From the NCBI GenBank assembly GCA_000091205.1, contig AP006502.2: a stretch of 64,000 nt of DNA; one strand, 5' to 3'. Source of the stretch: Cyanidioschyzon merolae. Lineage: Eukaryota. Both the position numbers and the translations under genes were made by a program. Of this stretch, positions 31,101-40,596 are shown piece by piece. Below the pieces are notes generated by a model, which saw only the letters and a program-made list of their open reading frames with translations, was not told the origin of the DNA and did not search any database. Positions within the stretch are counted from its first letter, which is position 1, and the number at the start of each line of letters is the position of its first letter.

Positions 31101-31802
31101 GAGCAAGGCATGAAGTCGCTCGCGTTCCTGCATATCGGCGGGGTGGATCACGCTTACCAGCATAGCGCCAAGATCATTCTTGTATGGCGTCTCGAGTACC
31201 TGTTCCGCAAAGTGCAGCAGCTCGGTGCGAAAGCGCTCCGTGCGAATAATAGAGAGTCTTCGGAACGCGATCTCGTTCGAGCGCGAGCGCCGTATTCTCT
31301 CGTCAAGCGGTCGCAATGTTACGCCAGAAAGGTTCGCCTCGAGAAGGTGCAACGAGCCGTCCTCTTTGCGAACAACGATGCCGACGTGGTCCCACCGAGA
31401 ATTGGACATGGCTTTCGCCACCGCACAGATTAGCGCTCCGAGCGGCGCCATGGCCAGGCAGCGCCGGTTAAAAAGCACAATGTCTCCGGCATCCAACCCT
31501 GGTGGCAGCGTCACTCGACGTTCACGTTTCAATTCCGTTCCACCAGTGGAAGAGCGCACCTGGGACTGCACCGTTTCTCCCTGGTGCTTCCGGTCCGGTG
31601 GGGCCGGCGGCACCGGCCGCTGGGGTTGCTGCTGCTGTAGCGCCGCCTCCCCTGAGACCCGTTTTTCCGACAGCGCAGCTTCCGGCTTTTCTATTGCCCT
31701 GCCATTCTCTTTCACTGTGGAAGAGTCCGTAGAAACCTTCCGAGTCTCGGCTGACTGCCCGTTACCCATAGAGTCCGCGAAAGACGGTCGCTTGCGGAAC
31801 AA
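28101..31802 (-). CDS. Large multi-domain protein: permuted-papain (YiiX/C92, NlpC-P60 superfamily) domain, two cyclic-nucleotide-binding domains, EF-hand region, and a mitochondrial carrier (SLC25) domain
   Basis: Uninterrupted 1233-aa ORF. Domains from the N-terminus: (1) GDIVLFNRRCLAM...RWDHVGIVVRKEDGSLHLLEANLSGVTL ... FCSELVAAAYQRLG, i.e. His-then-Cys permuted papain fold; (2) CNB domain 1, FHQGDYGDAFYVVESG...FGLTALF...RSSTIRA (degenerate, no Glu); (3) CNB domain 2, FEQGEKGDNFYIVKSG...FGELSLMYNAPRGATVRA (canonical FGELAL...RxATVxA); (4) EF-hand loops DRDNTGQVGMQEF and KRGDRKLNFRDF; (5) three mitochondrial-carrier repeats (LVAPLDRLKVLMQ, YPLDTARARLTV, YPFDTCRVRMQV), ending ...GAFDSR. An N-terminal MGNGQS, if it is the true start, fits an N-myristoylation consensus. 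Confidence 0.85.
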   Translation of the reverse strand: MFRKRPSFADSMGNGQSAETRKVSTDSSTVKENGRAIEKPEAALSEKRVSGEAALQQQQPQRPVPPAPPDRKHQGETVQSQVRSSTGGTELKRERRVTLPPGLDAGDIVLFNRRCLAMAPLGALICAVAKAMSNSRWDHVGIVVRKEDGSLHLLEANLSGVTLRPLDERIRRSRSNEIAFRRLSIIRTERFRTELLHFAEQVLETPYKNDLGAMLVSVIHPADMQERERLHALLVSRRAQRMEVERELREAALTAFQRNSLLEQRRILLQSEEKIEEVLRRELAATKGGFFEGSNDLSRVFCSELVAAAYQRLGLLSSFPPADSYVPKDFSTEQANPPGVHLLKNARLGNEEFIRRLPTQKQGWFASLLGSDSNQDRTTTEATGTNPADEAVPGTDANAAGASPVSDASGQPAYPRGESRELIRDALKRTPIFAALPDEYTRNHLVKSFRPVIVEAGDYVFHQGDYGDAFYVVESGSLDRYIAKDGQEPIQVSTLGPRNSFGLTALFFNAAGRSSTIRARERSLLWRLDRATFERFALDFGETSVIENAAESRQLRALLKKHFLFSRLDRIGPKELESFFTVNFRPGETVFEQGEKGDNFYIVKSGVLERWISKPGHQPKLAGTLQPGDSFGELSLMYNAPRGATVRARTDVELWAISAESFHRLHLGGGACYLERIFKEYASVKREKSQRTDDGDPYEYFMTPEDFLRFARADAFKESPEDYRRLSNLLLRLVSNNNSGSLTAPQRKTSQQSAPLIDFWEFVRFDLLLNQPDAESQLIFRLCDRDNTGQVGMQEFQEMFLEYANGDREIEAMVEDGSPLLRQLFGKRGDRKLNFRDFTAASEGKLPAKFLADIHRLKAHMQQQAARAPSSNALDDEILLSTSSLLAGTPQFSGIAPTHRGVLIGHVAGVAVAGVLARTLVAPLDRLKVLMQTESIVVKVRPELLKDERIAPNPRSKRIYSSVWRGFRNMIAQDGILGMYRGNGANALRILPATIIQSATIALAKEYIEAHRPENARRSLGFAAWDTVVIAGLGGIVAATITYPLDTARARLTVQHRGIAERYHGVLQCLREVRKQQGVPGLYRGLLSSTLGVFPYVGINFAVYETLRPIMPRRNDGSGRPTAGGLILSGFIASTLGQMAAYPFDTCRVRMQVDEGSGGRFRQVFRTVLKEEGIRGLYRGLVPNILKAWPTVAVSFYAYEMLRKPLSQMLDSVYAPASGLKPTAAAQGAFDSR

Positions 31803-32543
31803 TACCGAGTACGAGACGTCCGGTGCGAACGCTGTAGCGCTTCGCTTGTTCTCGGCTGCGGAATGCCGCGGCGGCGGTGAGCCAGTGTCCGCGGACGCTA
31901 CGCTTGGTTGTAGCTGGGAGGCGGCCTACGTACCGTTCAGGAGGACAGTCCTGGAGTTGGATTCTCGTTCAGGACAGAGGACGTCGGGGCGAAGTGTTTG
32001 CAAGCTGTCGTCCGAGGCTCAGAGCGCTGCCGTCGAGGTTGTGCAGGAGCGTGCACCCGTTGGCTTGCGCGGCCTAGACAGTCCTCGTCTCGGAGCTAGT
32101 GGAGCGCTTCCTCAGCTGCGGCCGCGTGCGGTACGGTATCCGCAGCGCTTGCTCACAAGCGTCTTACACCGGTGCAGCGGATCCGGGAACTGAAGTTCAA
32201 CCAAAACACTCTCTGATAAACTGCTGGGAAGCGTGTTGGACGGATAGAGGGCTGCGGTGAGCTCGAGCTCTATCGACGTGTTTGTGCGAACGCTTTGCGA
32301 CGTTCGCGCACGTCCACGAGACTCTCTGCTGCAGCCGGGTACCTGTGTCTTTGAGCGTGTGTCGAAAAGAAGACCAGTTCGACAGGGCCTGGTTTGTGTG
32401 TGTGCGTGCTTTTAGAGCACTTGTCGACTCGTGACAGTGTGGTGCCTCGTACTGGCGGCTCGCTCGCTTACATTCTGTTCTCGGTAACGGGAGCGCGTTG
32501 TTTTCTACCGCCGTGCCTGGAACTCGTCAACTTTTAATTTCAT

Positions 32544-33281
32544 TTGTTTCCCGCTAAGACTGCAGACACCTGGACGTCTCTTGCTTCGGTTTCCAACATG
32601 GATGGCCCTGCACCCTCTGCAGGGGCGGAGCCTATGTTCCGCCTACCTCAACCACCTCCTCACTTGCAACGATTTTTTGATCCATCGTTCTACACACGGA
32701 CTTTCTTCTGTATAGGCCCAGTGTGTCTCTGCTCTGGAGCTGGGCTTGGTCTGGGCGTCGGCTGTGGTGCCGGTATCGGTAAGGGATGGATGCCCATCAC
32801 AGCTTCCACATCGGCAGCGGGCGGCGGCCTGGGTGGCTCCGGCGCGTTTGCGTCCCTGCCGCTGGGCTCGATGTTAGGCGGCATTCCCGGAGGCTACTTT
32901 GTCCTTGACCTGTTACGCAATGTATTGCGAAAATTCCCCGGTGCACAACCGGGCGTTGGATGCGGTGTTGGTTTCGGATACGGGATCGGTATTGGGCTGC
33001 ATTACGGGAGAGCGGGCGCAGCGACGTTTCGGCGGACTTCCTACTCGGTGCCTAGCTCGGGTGCGTACAGGGCAGGCGGCGAGTACGTTGCACCGCCGCA
33101 GCCAGCAGCACCCGCACCCGCTCCAAGTCCTGATGTTCTGCGTCGCGTGAACGAACTGGAAAAACGGTTACAAAATCTAGAGGAGCGGCTCAATACCCAG
33201 ATTCGGCTATTTGAGCTCGAGCAGCGACTGAATCGTCTCGAACGAGACACAGGCGCGACCGGAAAGAAAAAGGGCCACTGA
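32544..33281 (+). CDS. Hypothetical glycine-zipper protein with a C-terminal coiled coil
   Basis: 245-aa ORF. It has repeated small-xxx-small glycine-zipper tracts (GAGLGLGVGCGAGIGKG; GVGCGVGFGYGIGIGL) typical of membrane-embedded glycine zippers, a Pro/Ala-rich linker, and a heptad-repeat tail LRRVNELEKRLQNLEERLNTQIRLFELEQRLNRLERD. No homolog is recognised, so coding status is uncertain. Confidence 0.4.
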   Translation: MFPAKTADTWTSLASVSNMDGPAPSAGAEPMFRLPQPPPHLQRFFDPSFYTRTFFCIGPVCLCSGAGLGLGVGCGAGIGKGWMPITASTSAAGGGLGGSGAFASLPLGSMLGGIPGGYFVLDLLRNVLRKFPGAQPGVGCGVGFGYGIGIGLHYGRAGAATFRRTSYSVPSSGAYRAGGEYVAPPQPAAPAPAPSPDVLRRVNELEKRLQNLEERLNTQIRLFELEQRLNRLERDTGATGKKKGH

Positions 33282-33301
33282 GGTGAGCAAGTGCTCTCAG
33301 T

Positions 33302-33331
33302 CGACACCGACACCGACACCGACACCGAGAC
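33302..33331. repeat. (CGACAC)5 hexanucleotide microsatellite
   Basis: The run cgacaccgacaccgacaccgacaccgagac lies just 3' of the glycine-zipper ORF. Confidence 0.9.
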
Positions 33332-34184
33332 CTGTGCCGCTCGTGTTGATTTACATTTGGTGGATTCGCAGCACCGGATCGGTTGCTTGATTTGCATCAA
33401 CTGAGCCAGAGAATGGCAGCGCTCCAAGTAGGTGACATGCATACACATGCGCTGTTTGGAAATGTCGTGAGCGGATAATACGGACGATAGACATGACGCC
33501 ACATATAGGCTGAAACAGAGCGCTTCATCAGGTATCTAAAATAGGCACTTAAAGCGTTTACCAGTCACTCGAAGTACTATTTGAGAATATGGGATAGATG
33601 AAACGAAGCAGAGGTTTCTTGATGTGCGAACGCTACCAGTCGCCAACTTAGGGGCCCGAGCTCTCCCGCACACGCTCGCACGTGCGACTGGCCAAGAGCA
33701 CTGTTTTCCCCAGGAACAGAGGTTAGATGCAGGGAGTCCAAGCGTGTCCAGGCGACTGCACACGCTTGCCGCAACCCTGTATCGCTACGGAACCGGAAAC
33801 GTTCGCTGCTCGTCACCGATGGTTGCTGTTCGGGTGTAGTCGCTACCGGGACCCCTCAGAAACGCCATGTTTCAGCTTATTACAAGAAATCGCCCCTAAT
33901 TGTCCAAGCTTGTTGGCTCCTCATCGAAACCAAAAACAACAACCGATGCATCTAGCCGCACTTTCCTACGCTCCTTGGTTCATCTCCTCGTTTGTCCTGC
34001 TGCTCGCATGCCCGCAAATGCAGGCATGCGAGCACTTCCTACGAGCGTGTCTGTTCCAGGTCGTATGGCCGCGGGTATCCATATGCGCGTGCACGTGCAC
34101 ATACGAGCCTTTGTGTGCATATCCCGGTGCATATGCGTCTACATATACGAATGCGTGTTCGCGCGCACGGTGGACGTGCATCCC

Positions 34185-35138
34185 CTAACGAAACGACCTC
34201 GATTCATGCGACAGAAACTCAACCATGGGTGCCCATAGAAATTCCCGCTTTTCCAAGAACTCAGACAGCAACCGGTCGAGATCCTGGCAGATTTCTTCAG
34301 GTAAACAACACCGACGGTCGCCAATCTCAGAGAACGACAGCGTCTCGCGCTCATAGTTCGCATGAAGCCTCTTGATCTGGTCTTCATTCATGATCGATGT
34401 GCGGCGGTACAGATCTCTCGGCAGGAGTGCTGCGATCGTACTCTCAAACCGAGATGGATTCTGAACGAACTCATCGTAGTTGATAATATCCCATATATCG
34501 CTTGGCATTTGTTCCAACTGCTTGCTGAGATACAGCAGACTCTCTTCCGCAACTCGCGCCAGATAGAGCGGATCCAGTGACTTGCTTCGAGAGGATGTGT
34601 ATTGAATACAGCGCAGTGGATCGCGCCATAGAACCAGGATTCGCAGGTCAAGCACACCTCGTTGGTGCAAGTCGAGCAAGACCTCGAGATCCGGGCGCCT
34701 AGCTGGCTCCCGCTCCGGCCCAATGGGAAACGTACTCACTGCATCAAGGATGCACGGGGTGCGTCGGCTGGCAGACACCAAGTGCTGGTCTTGCAGGGCC
34801 AGCTCCAGCGACTCGGAGAAGAACTTGGCATATCGGTGCTTCGGGTCGTCGCCGCCATCCAGGTGCAAATTCGGATCCAGTACCTCGGTTGTTGCGCAGG
34901 GTTTCAAGACTTCGCGGAGAGTGCCGTGCCCGGCGCCCTCGATGCCAGCAATGAAGAAGTACAGGGGGCGACGTGTCTGGCCTCCGATGAAGATCTCTTC
35001 GACACGGAAGTCGTCGGAGGACCGCCTTGATCGAATTACTAGTACCAAGAGCAGACCAAGTGCGCAGAGGCAGAGTAGTAACGCTTTTCTCTGGCGCTGA
35101 GTCCAACCCCGCATGAAAGTTGAATAAAGTTCGAGCAC
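34185..35138 (-). CDS. Sulfotransferase-like type II membrane protein (putative Golgi carbohydrate/lipid sulfotransferase fold)
   Basis: 317-aa ORF. N-terminal signal-anchor (LLLCLCALGLLLVLVI), then YFFIAGIEGAGHGTL (5'-PSB-loop-like) and LVLWRDPLRCIQYTSSRS. The latter matches the sulfotransferase 3'-phosphate-binding motif RDPxxRxxS. Assignment is by motif only. Confidence 0.5.
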   Translation of the reverse strand: MLELYSTFMRGWTQRQRKALLLCLCALGLLLVLVIRSRRSSDDFRVEEIFIGGQTRRPLYFFIAGIEGAGHGTLREVLKPCATTEVLDPNLHLDGGDDPKHRYAKFFSESLELALQDQHLVSASRRTPCILDAVSTFPIGPEREPARRPDLEVLLDLHQRGVLDLRILVLWRDPLRCIQYTSSRSKSLDPLYLARVAEESLLYLSKQLEQMPSDIWDIINYDEFVQNPSRFESTIAALLPRDLYRRTSIMNEDQIKRLHANYERETLSFSEIGDRRCCLPEEICQDLDRLLSEFLEKREFLWAPMVEFLSHESRSFR

Positions 35139-35524
35139 GGTGTCCGTTGTGAACGTTTTAGGGAAAACGGCTTTTCGACAATATGCCGCGTGCGATGCAG
35201 CAGTGCGCGCGCCGCGCTGTTTGGCGTTCGGCGCGATGCCTCCGCGCCCAGCACATTACGGACGTTTTGGTACGCTCATGCACAAGTGCAGCGCGATCAG
35301 GTACACTGCCTTGTCGCACGCTTCCGTGCTACTTTACATGGAGAGATCCGAGCTTCCTGCAGTCAAATAGATTCCCGACGAACGTACGTTTTCACTAACC
35401 AATCTCAGAGATCCATGCATCCTATCCATACCGCATGTGTAGCTTGCCCGTACGCGAAACGCTTCACAGATGGCACTCGCAGCATATCCTCGTGGATCGG
35501 GTTTGCTCGCACTCACATGATGCG

Positions 35525-36166
35525 TCAATCATCGGGCAGCGCTTCGTGCGTTGTTTCCTCGGAACGTGAGAATGACTCTTCGAGTTCGAATACTTCCGCA
35601 GAAACACGTTCCACTTGGGCAAAGTCATCGATGTGGTACCCCGCGCGCCCCGGTGACCGCGGCACGTCCTTGAACCAACCGATATTATCCGCAATGAGGT
35701 GCCGGACTTGGCAACCCGGACAAGTTATGATCACGATTCCATGGCAGTACGCTTGTCGGCTAAAACGTTTGCGAATTCGGGTTTCACAGCGCGCACACGT
35801 AAAGGCAATGGCCATTTTCCGAGAACCCACTTGCTCAGCGAAGCGGACACGCTGTTCTGTCACCACCTCTTCGACGACATCCGGTGGGAGTTTCCGCGCC
35901 GCTGGGGGCAGGGCACCCGCAGTGCCGGTCTCAGGCCGTGAGGCCTTCTTCGGCTCTTCTGCACGGGCGTACAAGAGCCCTGCAGAGGAGCAATGTTTCC
36001 TGCACTGTGCCCGGGCTCTCGGCAGATGAGCCAAACTTTCCCTATGGACAGTTGAGGCAAACGTGTTCCCTGCAACATACCCACGAGGCTTCGTCAAGTG
36101 CCTCAGAGGAGTCGCGCGTCCAACGCGAACACAGCAACAAGTGCGGCTCAGCGGAAGCGCAAACAT
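35525..36166 (-). CDS. DNL-type zinc-finger protein, mitochondrial Hsp70 escort protein (Hep1/Zim17/Tim15 family)
   Basis: 213-aa ORF. zf-DNL signature MAIAFTCARCETRIRKRFSRQAYCHGIVIITCPGCQVRHLIADNIGWF (CxxC...CxxC plus HLIADNLGWF). The Arg-rich N-terminal roughly 100 aa are presequence-like. The antisense ORF 35190..36029+ is rejected. Confidence 0.8.
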   Translation of the reverse strand: MFALPLSRTCCCVRVGRATPLRHLTKPRGYVAGNTFASTVHRESLAHLPRARAQCRKHCSSAGLLYARAEEPKKASRPETGTAGALPPAARKLPPDVVEEVVTEQRVRFAEQVGSRKMAIAFTCARCETRIRKRFSRQAYCHGIVIITCPGCQVRHLIADNIGWFKDVPRSPGRAGYHIDDFAQVERVSAEVFELEESFSRSEETTHEALPDD

Positions 36167-36253
36167 GCGTTTTGCACGCGCGCTCTCAGGCGTTTGAGGA
36201 GCTTATTTCGTAACCAAGACTCCGGGAGAGGCTCCAAGGGGCTGACGTTCTCC

Positions 36254-36288
36254 GCAGTGCAGTGCAGTGCAGTGCAGTGCAGCGCAGC
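36254..36288. repeat. (GCAGY)7 pentanucleotide microsatellite
   Basis: The run gcagtgcagtgcagtgcagtgcagcgcagcgc lies about 90 bp upstream of the Hep1-like start codon. Confidence 0.9.
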
Positions 36289-39243
36289 GCTGCGTCGGGC
36301 GACGTCACCGCACCTCGGGGCTCGGTGTCGGGCCGAACGCGGCGGATTCCGGTGTGCAGCGCCGAGTGCGAAAGCGCTGCCCGCACTGAGCCGAGGAATG
36401 AGGCCGCCGACTGGTGAACGGTGTTGCAACACCAGTGCTGCTCGCCGGTTCATGCGTCTTCTCGAGGTGAGCGGTTGACGACCATTGGCCTCGTCCGTGT
36501 CTATACCCGTGCTAGATGAACATGGAACGCTCAAGTGCTTGCTCTGATCCTGGTCTGCGCATTGTTTCCGAGCTTTCTTGGATGTACATTCTCGAGCGTT
36601 GAAGTGCATCAGGAGAGGCTGGAGGATTCATCCGTAATTTTGGGATTCTCGGTCGTTGCTCCCGAGTGGTGCCTTCGACGCGTTTGTCGCTGGCACTTGT
36701 TGCGTTACCGGAATCAAGACGGTTATCGACGATCTTGAGCAAGTGGTTGCAACATATACCATACACTGATTCCATCTATACATGCAAGCTTCCGCTCTTC
36801 TCCTTGACCTGCGCGTGACTGGCTGGCTTCCGGCCTGCTTCAAGTATTCGAGCTTGCGCTTTCAAGACGACTCGCGGGCGCAGGAATCCGCTTAGCTGGA
36901 TTGGTGTGAAAAGACATTCGGTGTCGAATTTTGCGCATTATTCACCAGCTGATACCGAATATTTTATTTCACTTTCCACGTCAAATAATCGATTCCGTTC
37001 CGAAGAAAAATCTTCCTCTGTTTGTGGCGAGCAACGAATTGGCATTCCACCGCAGCACGATGCCTCTTCCGTGGTATGCTCTCGGGCGCTCCGGTCTCTT
37101 CTGTTAGCATGCAGAAGGGTAGTGGGCTCGGACTTGGTCATCGCAGCGCTCGCTTCCTATCGCGAGTATATCATCGCTTCGCGTGGAAGAAGTGTAGATG
37201 GATCGAAATTTTTCGACGCCCCGCCTAGCCTAGGTTCCTTTCTGGTCCTTGATTCATCACGGGTAGCATCACGTTCCGCAAATCCTCAAACGAATGGAAG
37301 AGCGTGCCCTCGCGCATGGAGTGTACAGCGTATGCACCGAGGAGATACCCAGAAGAAGCCCATGATATCAGGGTACAGCTTGGGTCAAGAGGCACGAAGA
37401 AGGGCATCGAGGGGAACCTGCTGTACGCTTCAAGCGCTTCTACCGAGCGATGAAGCAAGCGTTCGTGCGCGACAGAGTCACGCTCGGAGGAGTTGGTATG
37501 GTAGCCATGTTGGAACACCTGACCACGATCAGGTGTCATCGCTGCGAAGAGCATACTCAGGCTGTATACAAAAAGATGGAAATGACAAGTAAAGCATAGC
37601 CTGCAACTACTGCCTGTGCATGCAATGTGTCGACACCGGCCCAAAGCGGCGAAATCGGGATTTAATTGCTGCCATGGAAATCATTCGGATGATGACAGCT
37701 GAGCTGGCGATAAAAGACAGACCAGCGCATCCAAAGCCGCGGGTAGGAGAGACAAAGGAAGCAGTCGCAGAACAAGTCCGCAAGGGCTTGTACTGATGGC
37801 AGCGAAAACAGACCCAGGCATTCGCGTGTACGCCCGAGTTAGAGGATACGTTCCATTCTATACTGATACGGGTGTAGAACGCACGAGCGCGTGCGACTAC
37901 TGCCCGTGAATAGAGCATAGCAGGGCGCGCGCAGGCACCAGAGCGTGTGCTCGGGAACTTTATGGTCAGTGGCTTGGCGGTCTCGCGGAGCAGGAAAGCC
38001 TCCATGGGCTCCTGCTGCCGTGCGCAAGGACCCGCCGATTTCTCTGGGCTTTTCGCCGTCTTGAGAAATGCGCATGCCTGCGCAGCGTAACTGCGTCTGT
38101 TGCTACAACAGCCTATCAGTAAACAGGAGGATGATGCATCATAATCACCAAATCGACTTGGTTTCATTCAGGGAATGATGGTATCGGTGCTTTCGAGTTA
38201 CACTTTCGACTAGAGAGCGTACCGGAACGAGCGACAGATACAGTGAAGTATCGCCGCGAACTACAAAACCGCCTGTGTATAGCGACGGCATTCAACAGTT
38301 TTTTTTGAAGTAGAATCGACGATGCAAACCAGAGATTCCCGGATGCGTGACGGTTACTGGCAACCGCAGAGCCCGTCGCAGCGCCGACCCCGACCCGCTC
38401 AGGTCCATTGGCCCCAGAACGAACATTTCTCCCGAAATAATGCATCGTTCAAACGATCTCCTGGGCACCGAGCATACCATGTGCGCCATTTGTGGCGTTC
38501 CAGACATCCTCCCGACACCGAACGACATTGCCATCCTTTTGCGGGCGTCGAACGACGGCTTCCGTGGGTGCGAGGTCGCTGCTCCTCGTGCACAGCATCC
38601 TTCACTCGTGTTTCCATGGCGTACGGCCCATACGTCGTATCAGATTCGCTTACAAAACGGTAAAGATGCCGCGACTTTGGTGTCTTCAGGGCCAGGCACC
38701 CACGCGTCTCTATATGGATTCGTCTGGGTGCAGAATCTTGTGAGCGAACCAGCGATCGCCGAGTGCCTCTGCTTCATGGCAGGCGTCGAATCGAGTGCCG
38801 ACTCCTGCACGGGCGATGGTGAGCCAGCCGCCACCGGACCATCTTGTCCAAGTTTGGCGATCTCGATTGGGTGCCATGTCTGATTTATACATTAAAATAC
38901 ATACTTGATCTTCATTGTCTAGGTACGTGTCCTGCGCAGAGCCCGCTACACTTCCAGTGGATCGCTGCGCTGCGGCGAAAGCTTCGCGAAGGCATCTAGA
39001 ATCTCAGGCCGTTTCTCGAGAAGCGCGCACCGAATAAGATTCTGTGGCCAGGATGCAGCGATCGATGCACACTGGTATGACTTGTACAGACTTGTACAGA
39101 ATAGGTCGACTTGGAACGCTGCTGGTCGATATCGGCGAATGGAAGTTTCGAAGCGCGCCGCATAGCGCTGAGCTCCGGTTACTCGAACTGGGAAGCTACG
39201 CAACGTTGACTGTTTTCAGAAGGCTTCCCGGGTCAAATAAGAG

Positions 39244-40596
39244 ATGGACTTATTGGCAAAAGCGGCGGAAACGAGCACTGCTGGAGAAGACTCGGAGAGC
39301 TCCCCGAGAAAGTCGACTGGTGACCGTCCAAAACGCTCGGAGCCAACGCCGTTTATCCTGAAGCTGTACGAGCTGGTCTCGGACCCGAGCACAGACGACC
39401 TCTGCACCTGGACGGAAAACGGTGACTCGTTTGTTGTCTTGGAACCGGGTCGGTTTACGAGTGAGATTCTCCCACGTTATTTCAAACATCACAACTTTTC
39501 GAGCTTCGTTAGACAGTTGAATCAGTACGCGTTCAACAAGTGCTCGTGCGTTCGCCTCGAGTACCGGAATCCGAACTTTCTTCGCGGTCGCTTTGACCTT
39601 TTGGCTCAAATAGAACGCAGGCCGAATAGAAAGCCGACACCTCCGAGCCTCCCTACTGTGAGCCCTGACACTGGTCCACCGACAACGGCTGGGTCCGGTG
39701 CCATCAAGGCCCAGCTACCGTCACCGTCTGCGGCACCGTCGAACCAGGAGGCCGCGTCGTCGTGGCCAGGACCGGGGTTTGCAGCGTGGCGACCACCGCA
39801 GGCGAACTGGCAACCCAGCCAGGGCAAGTCTCCGGATATTTTCAACCCGCAAGCAGGTGCTTGCTGGCCCGCGGCTGTGTACGGCCCAGGTGGGTATGTC
39901 GGCTCATCGCTCGGACCCGTGCCTGCGCGGCCGGACGTGTTTCCAGGGCGTGACTCAAACTATGAGGCCTTCCGCCTGCGACGTCATTTCTCACCGGAGC
40001 TCGCCTCGCGAATCTCTCAGTGGTCGCGTTCCGAGGATGCCCCAGCGAGCGGCCGAATGGAATCCCATCGTGAGACCGCGGAAAGCCCCGCCTGGGGAGC
40101 GTGCGGAGCTCGCGATACACGACAAGCAGAGCAGGCCACAGCATCCACTGCCTCACAGTCGACGCAGAGCCTGCGCGTGGCGAGGTATCCGGCGAGCACG
40201 CTGGTCAGTGTCCTACGCGAACGACTGCTGGCCGTGGGATCCGAGTACGTACACGTGGACACCGCTCTGAACCTGGTCGCGGAGCTTGAAGCGCAACAGG
40301 AACGCGAACTTTTGTCGATATGTACAGAAACCATCCATGCTGTCGACAGGTTTCGCAGCTGCCTCTGGACGCTGTGTGCGCGTCGCGCCAGCAGAGCGTA
40401 CGAAAGTGCGGTCGGCGAGCCATTCACGTTCGCCGGTCGCTCGACATCGACCAGCAACCCGACATCCGGACAGACGGACTCGCCTATGGAGCAAGCGCAG
40501 AGCTCGGCGACAACGGATGCCCCAGCAGGGTCCTCAAGTGTGCTCGGATCGATGGACATGGGACCGCAGCCTGATGTACCGCTACCAGGCAAGTGA
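39244..40596 (+). CDS. Heat shock factor-type transcription factor (HSF DNA-binding domain)
   Basis: 450-aa ORF. N-terminal winged-helix HSF DBD PFILKLYELVSDPSTDDLCTWTENGDSFVVLEPGRFTSEILPRYFKHHNFSSFVRQLNQYAFNK (consensus FLxKLxxLVxDPxTDxxIxWSxxGxSFVVxDxxxFxxxLLPxYFKHxNFxSFVRQLNxYGFxKV). The C-terminal half is low-complexity (S/P/A/Q-rich). Confidence 0.85.
   Translation: MDLLAKAAETSTAGEDSESSPRKSTGDRPKRSEPTPFILKLYELVSDPSTDDLCTWTENGDSFVVLEPGRFTSEILPRYFKHHNFSSFVRQLNQYAFNKCSCVRLEYRNPNFLRGRFDLLAQIERRPNRKPTPPSLPTVSPDTGPPTTAGSGAIKAQLPSPSAAPSNQEAASSWPGPGFAAWRPPQANWQPSQGKSPDIFNPQAGACWPAAVYGPGGYVGSSLGPVPARPDVFPGRDSNYEAFRLRRHFSPELASRISQWSRSEDAPASGRMESHRETAESPAWGACGARDTRQAEQATASTASQSTQSLRVARYPASTLVSVLRERLLAVGSEYVHVDTALNLVAELEAQQERELLSICTETIHAVDRFRSCLWTLCARRASRAYESAVGEPFTFAGRSTSTSNPTSGQTDSPMEQAQSSATTDAPAGSSSVLGSMDMGPQPDVPLPGK

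Noticed and set aside
31180-32193. 337-aa plus-strand ORF antisense to the 5' end of the CNB-EF-carrier gene
   Set aside because: Low-complexity Ser/Arg/Ala-rich translation with no motifs, overlapped entirely by the well-supported 1233-aa minus-strand ORF. Typical antisense ORF in GC-rich coding DNA.
35190-36029. 279-aa plus-strand ORF overlapping the Hep1-like gene
   Set aside because: Antisense to an ORF carrying an unmistakable DNL zinc-finger. Its own translation is Ser/Arg/Ala-rich with no motif.
39044-39100. Short local duplication (gacttgtacaga x2) upstream of HSF
   Set aside because: Only two 12-bp copies. Too short to distinguish from chance or replication slippage, with no further structure.
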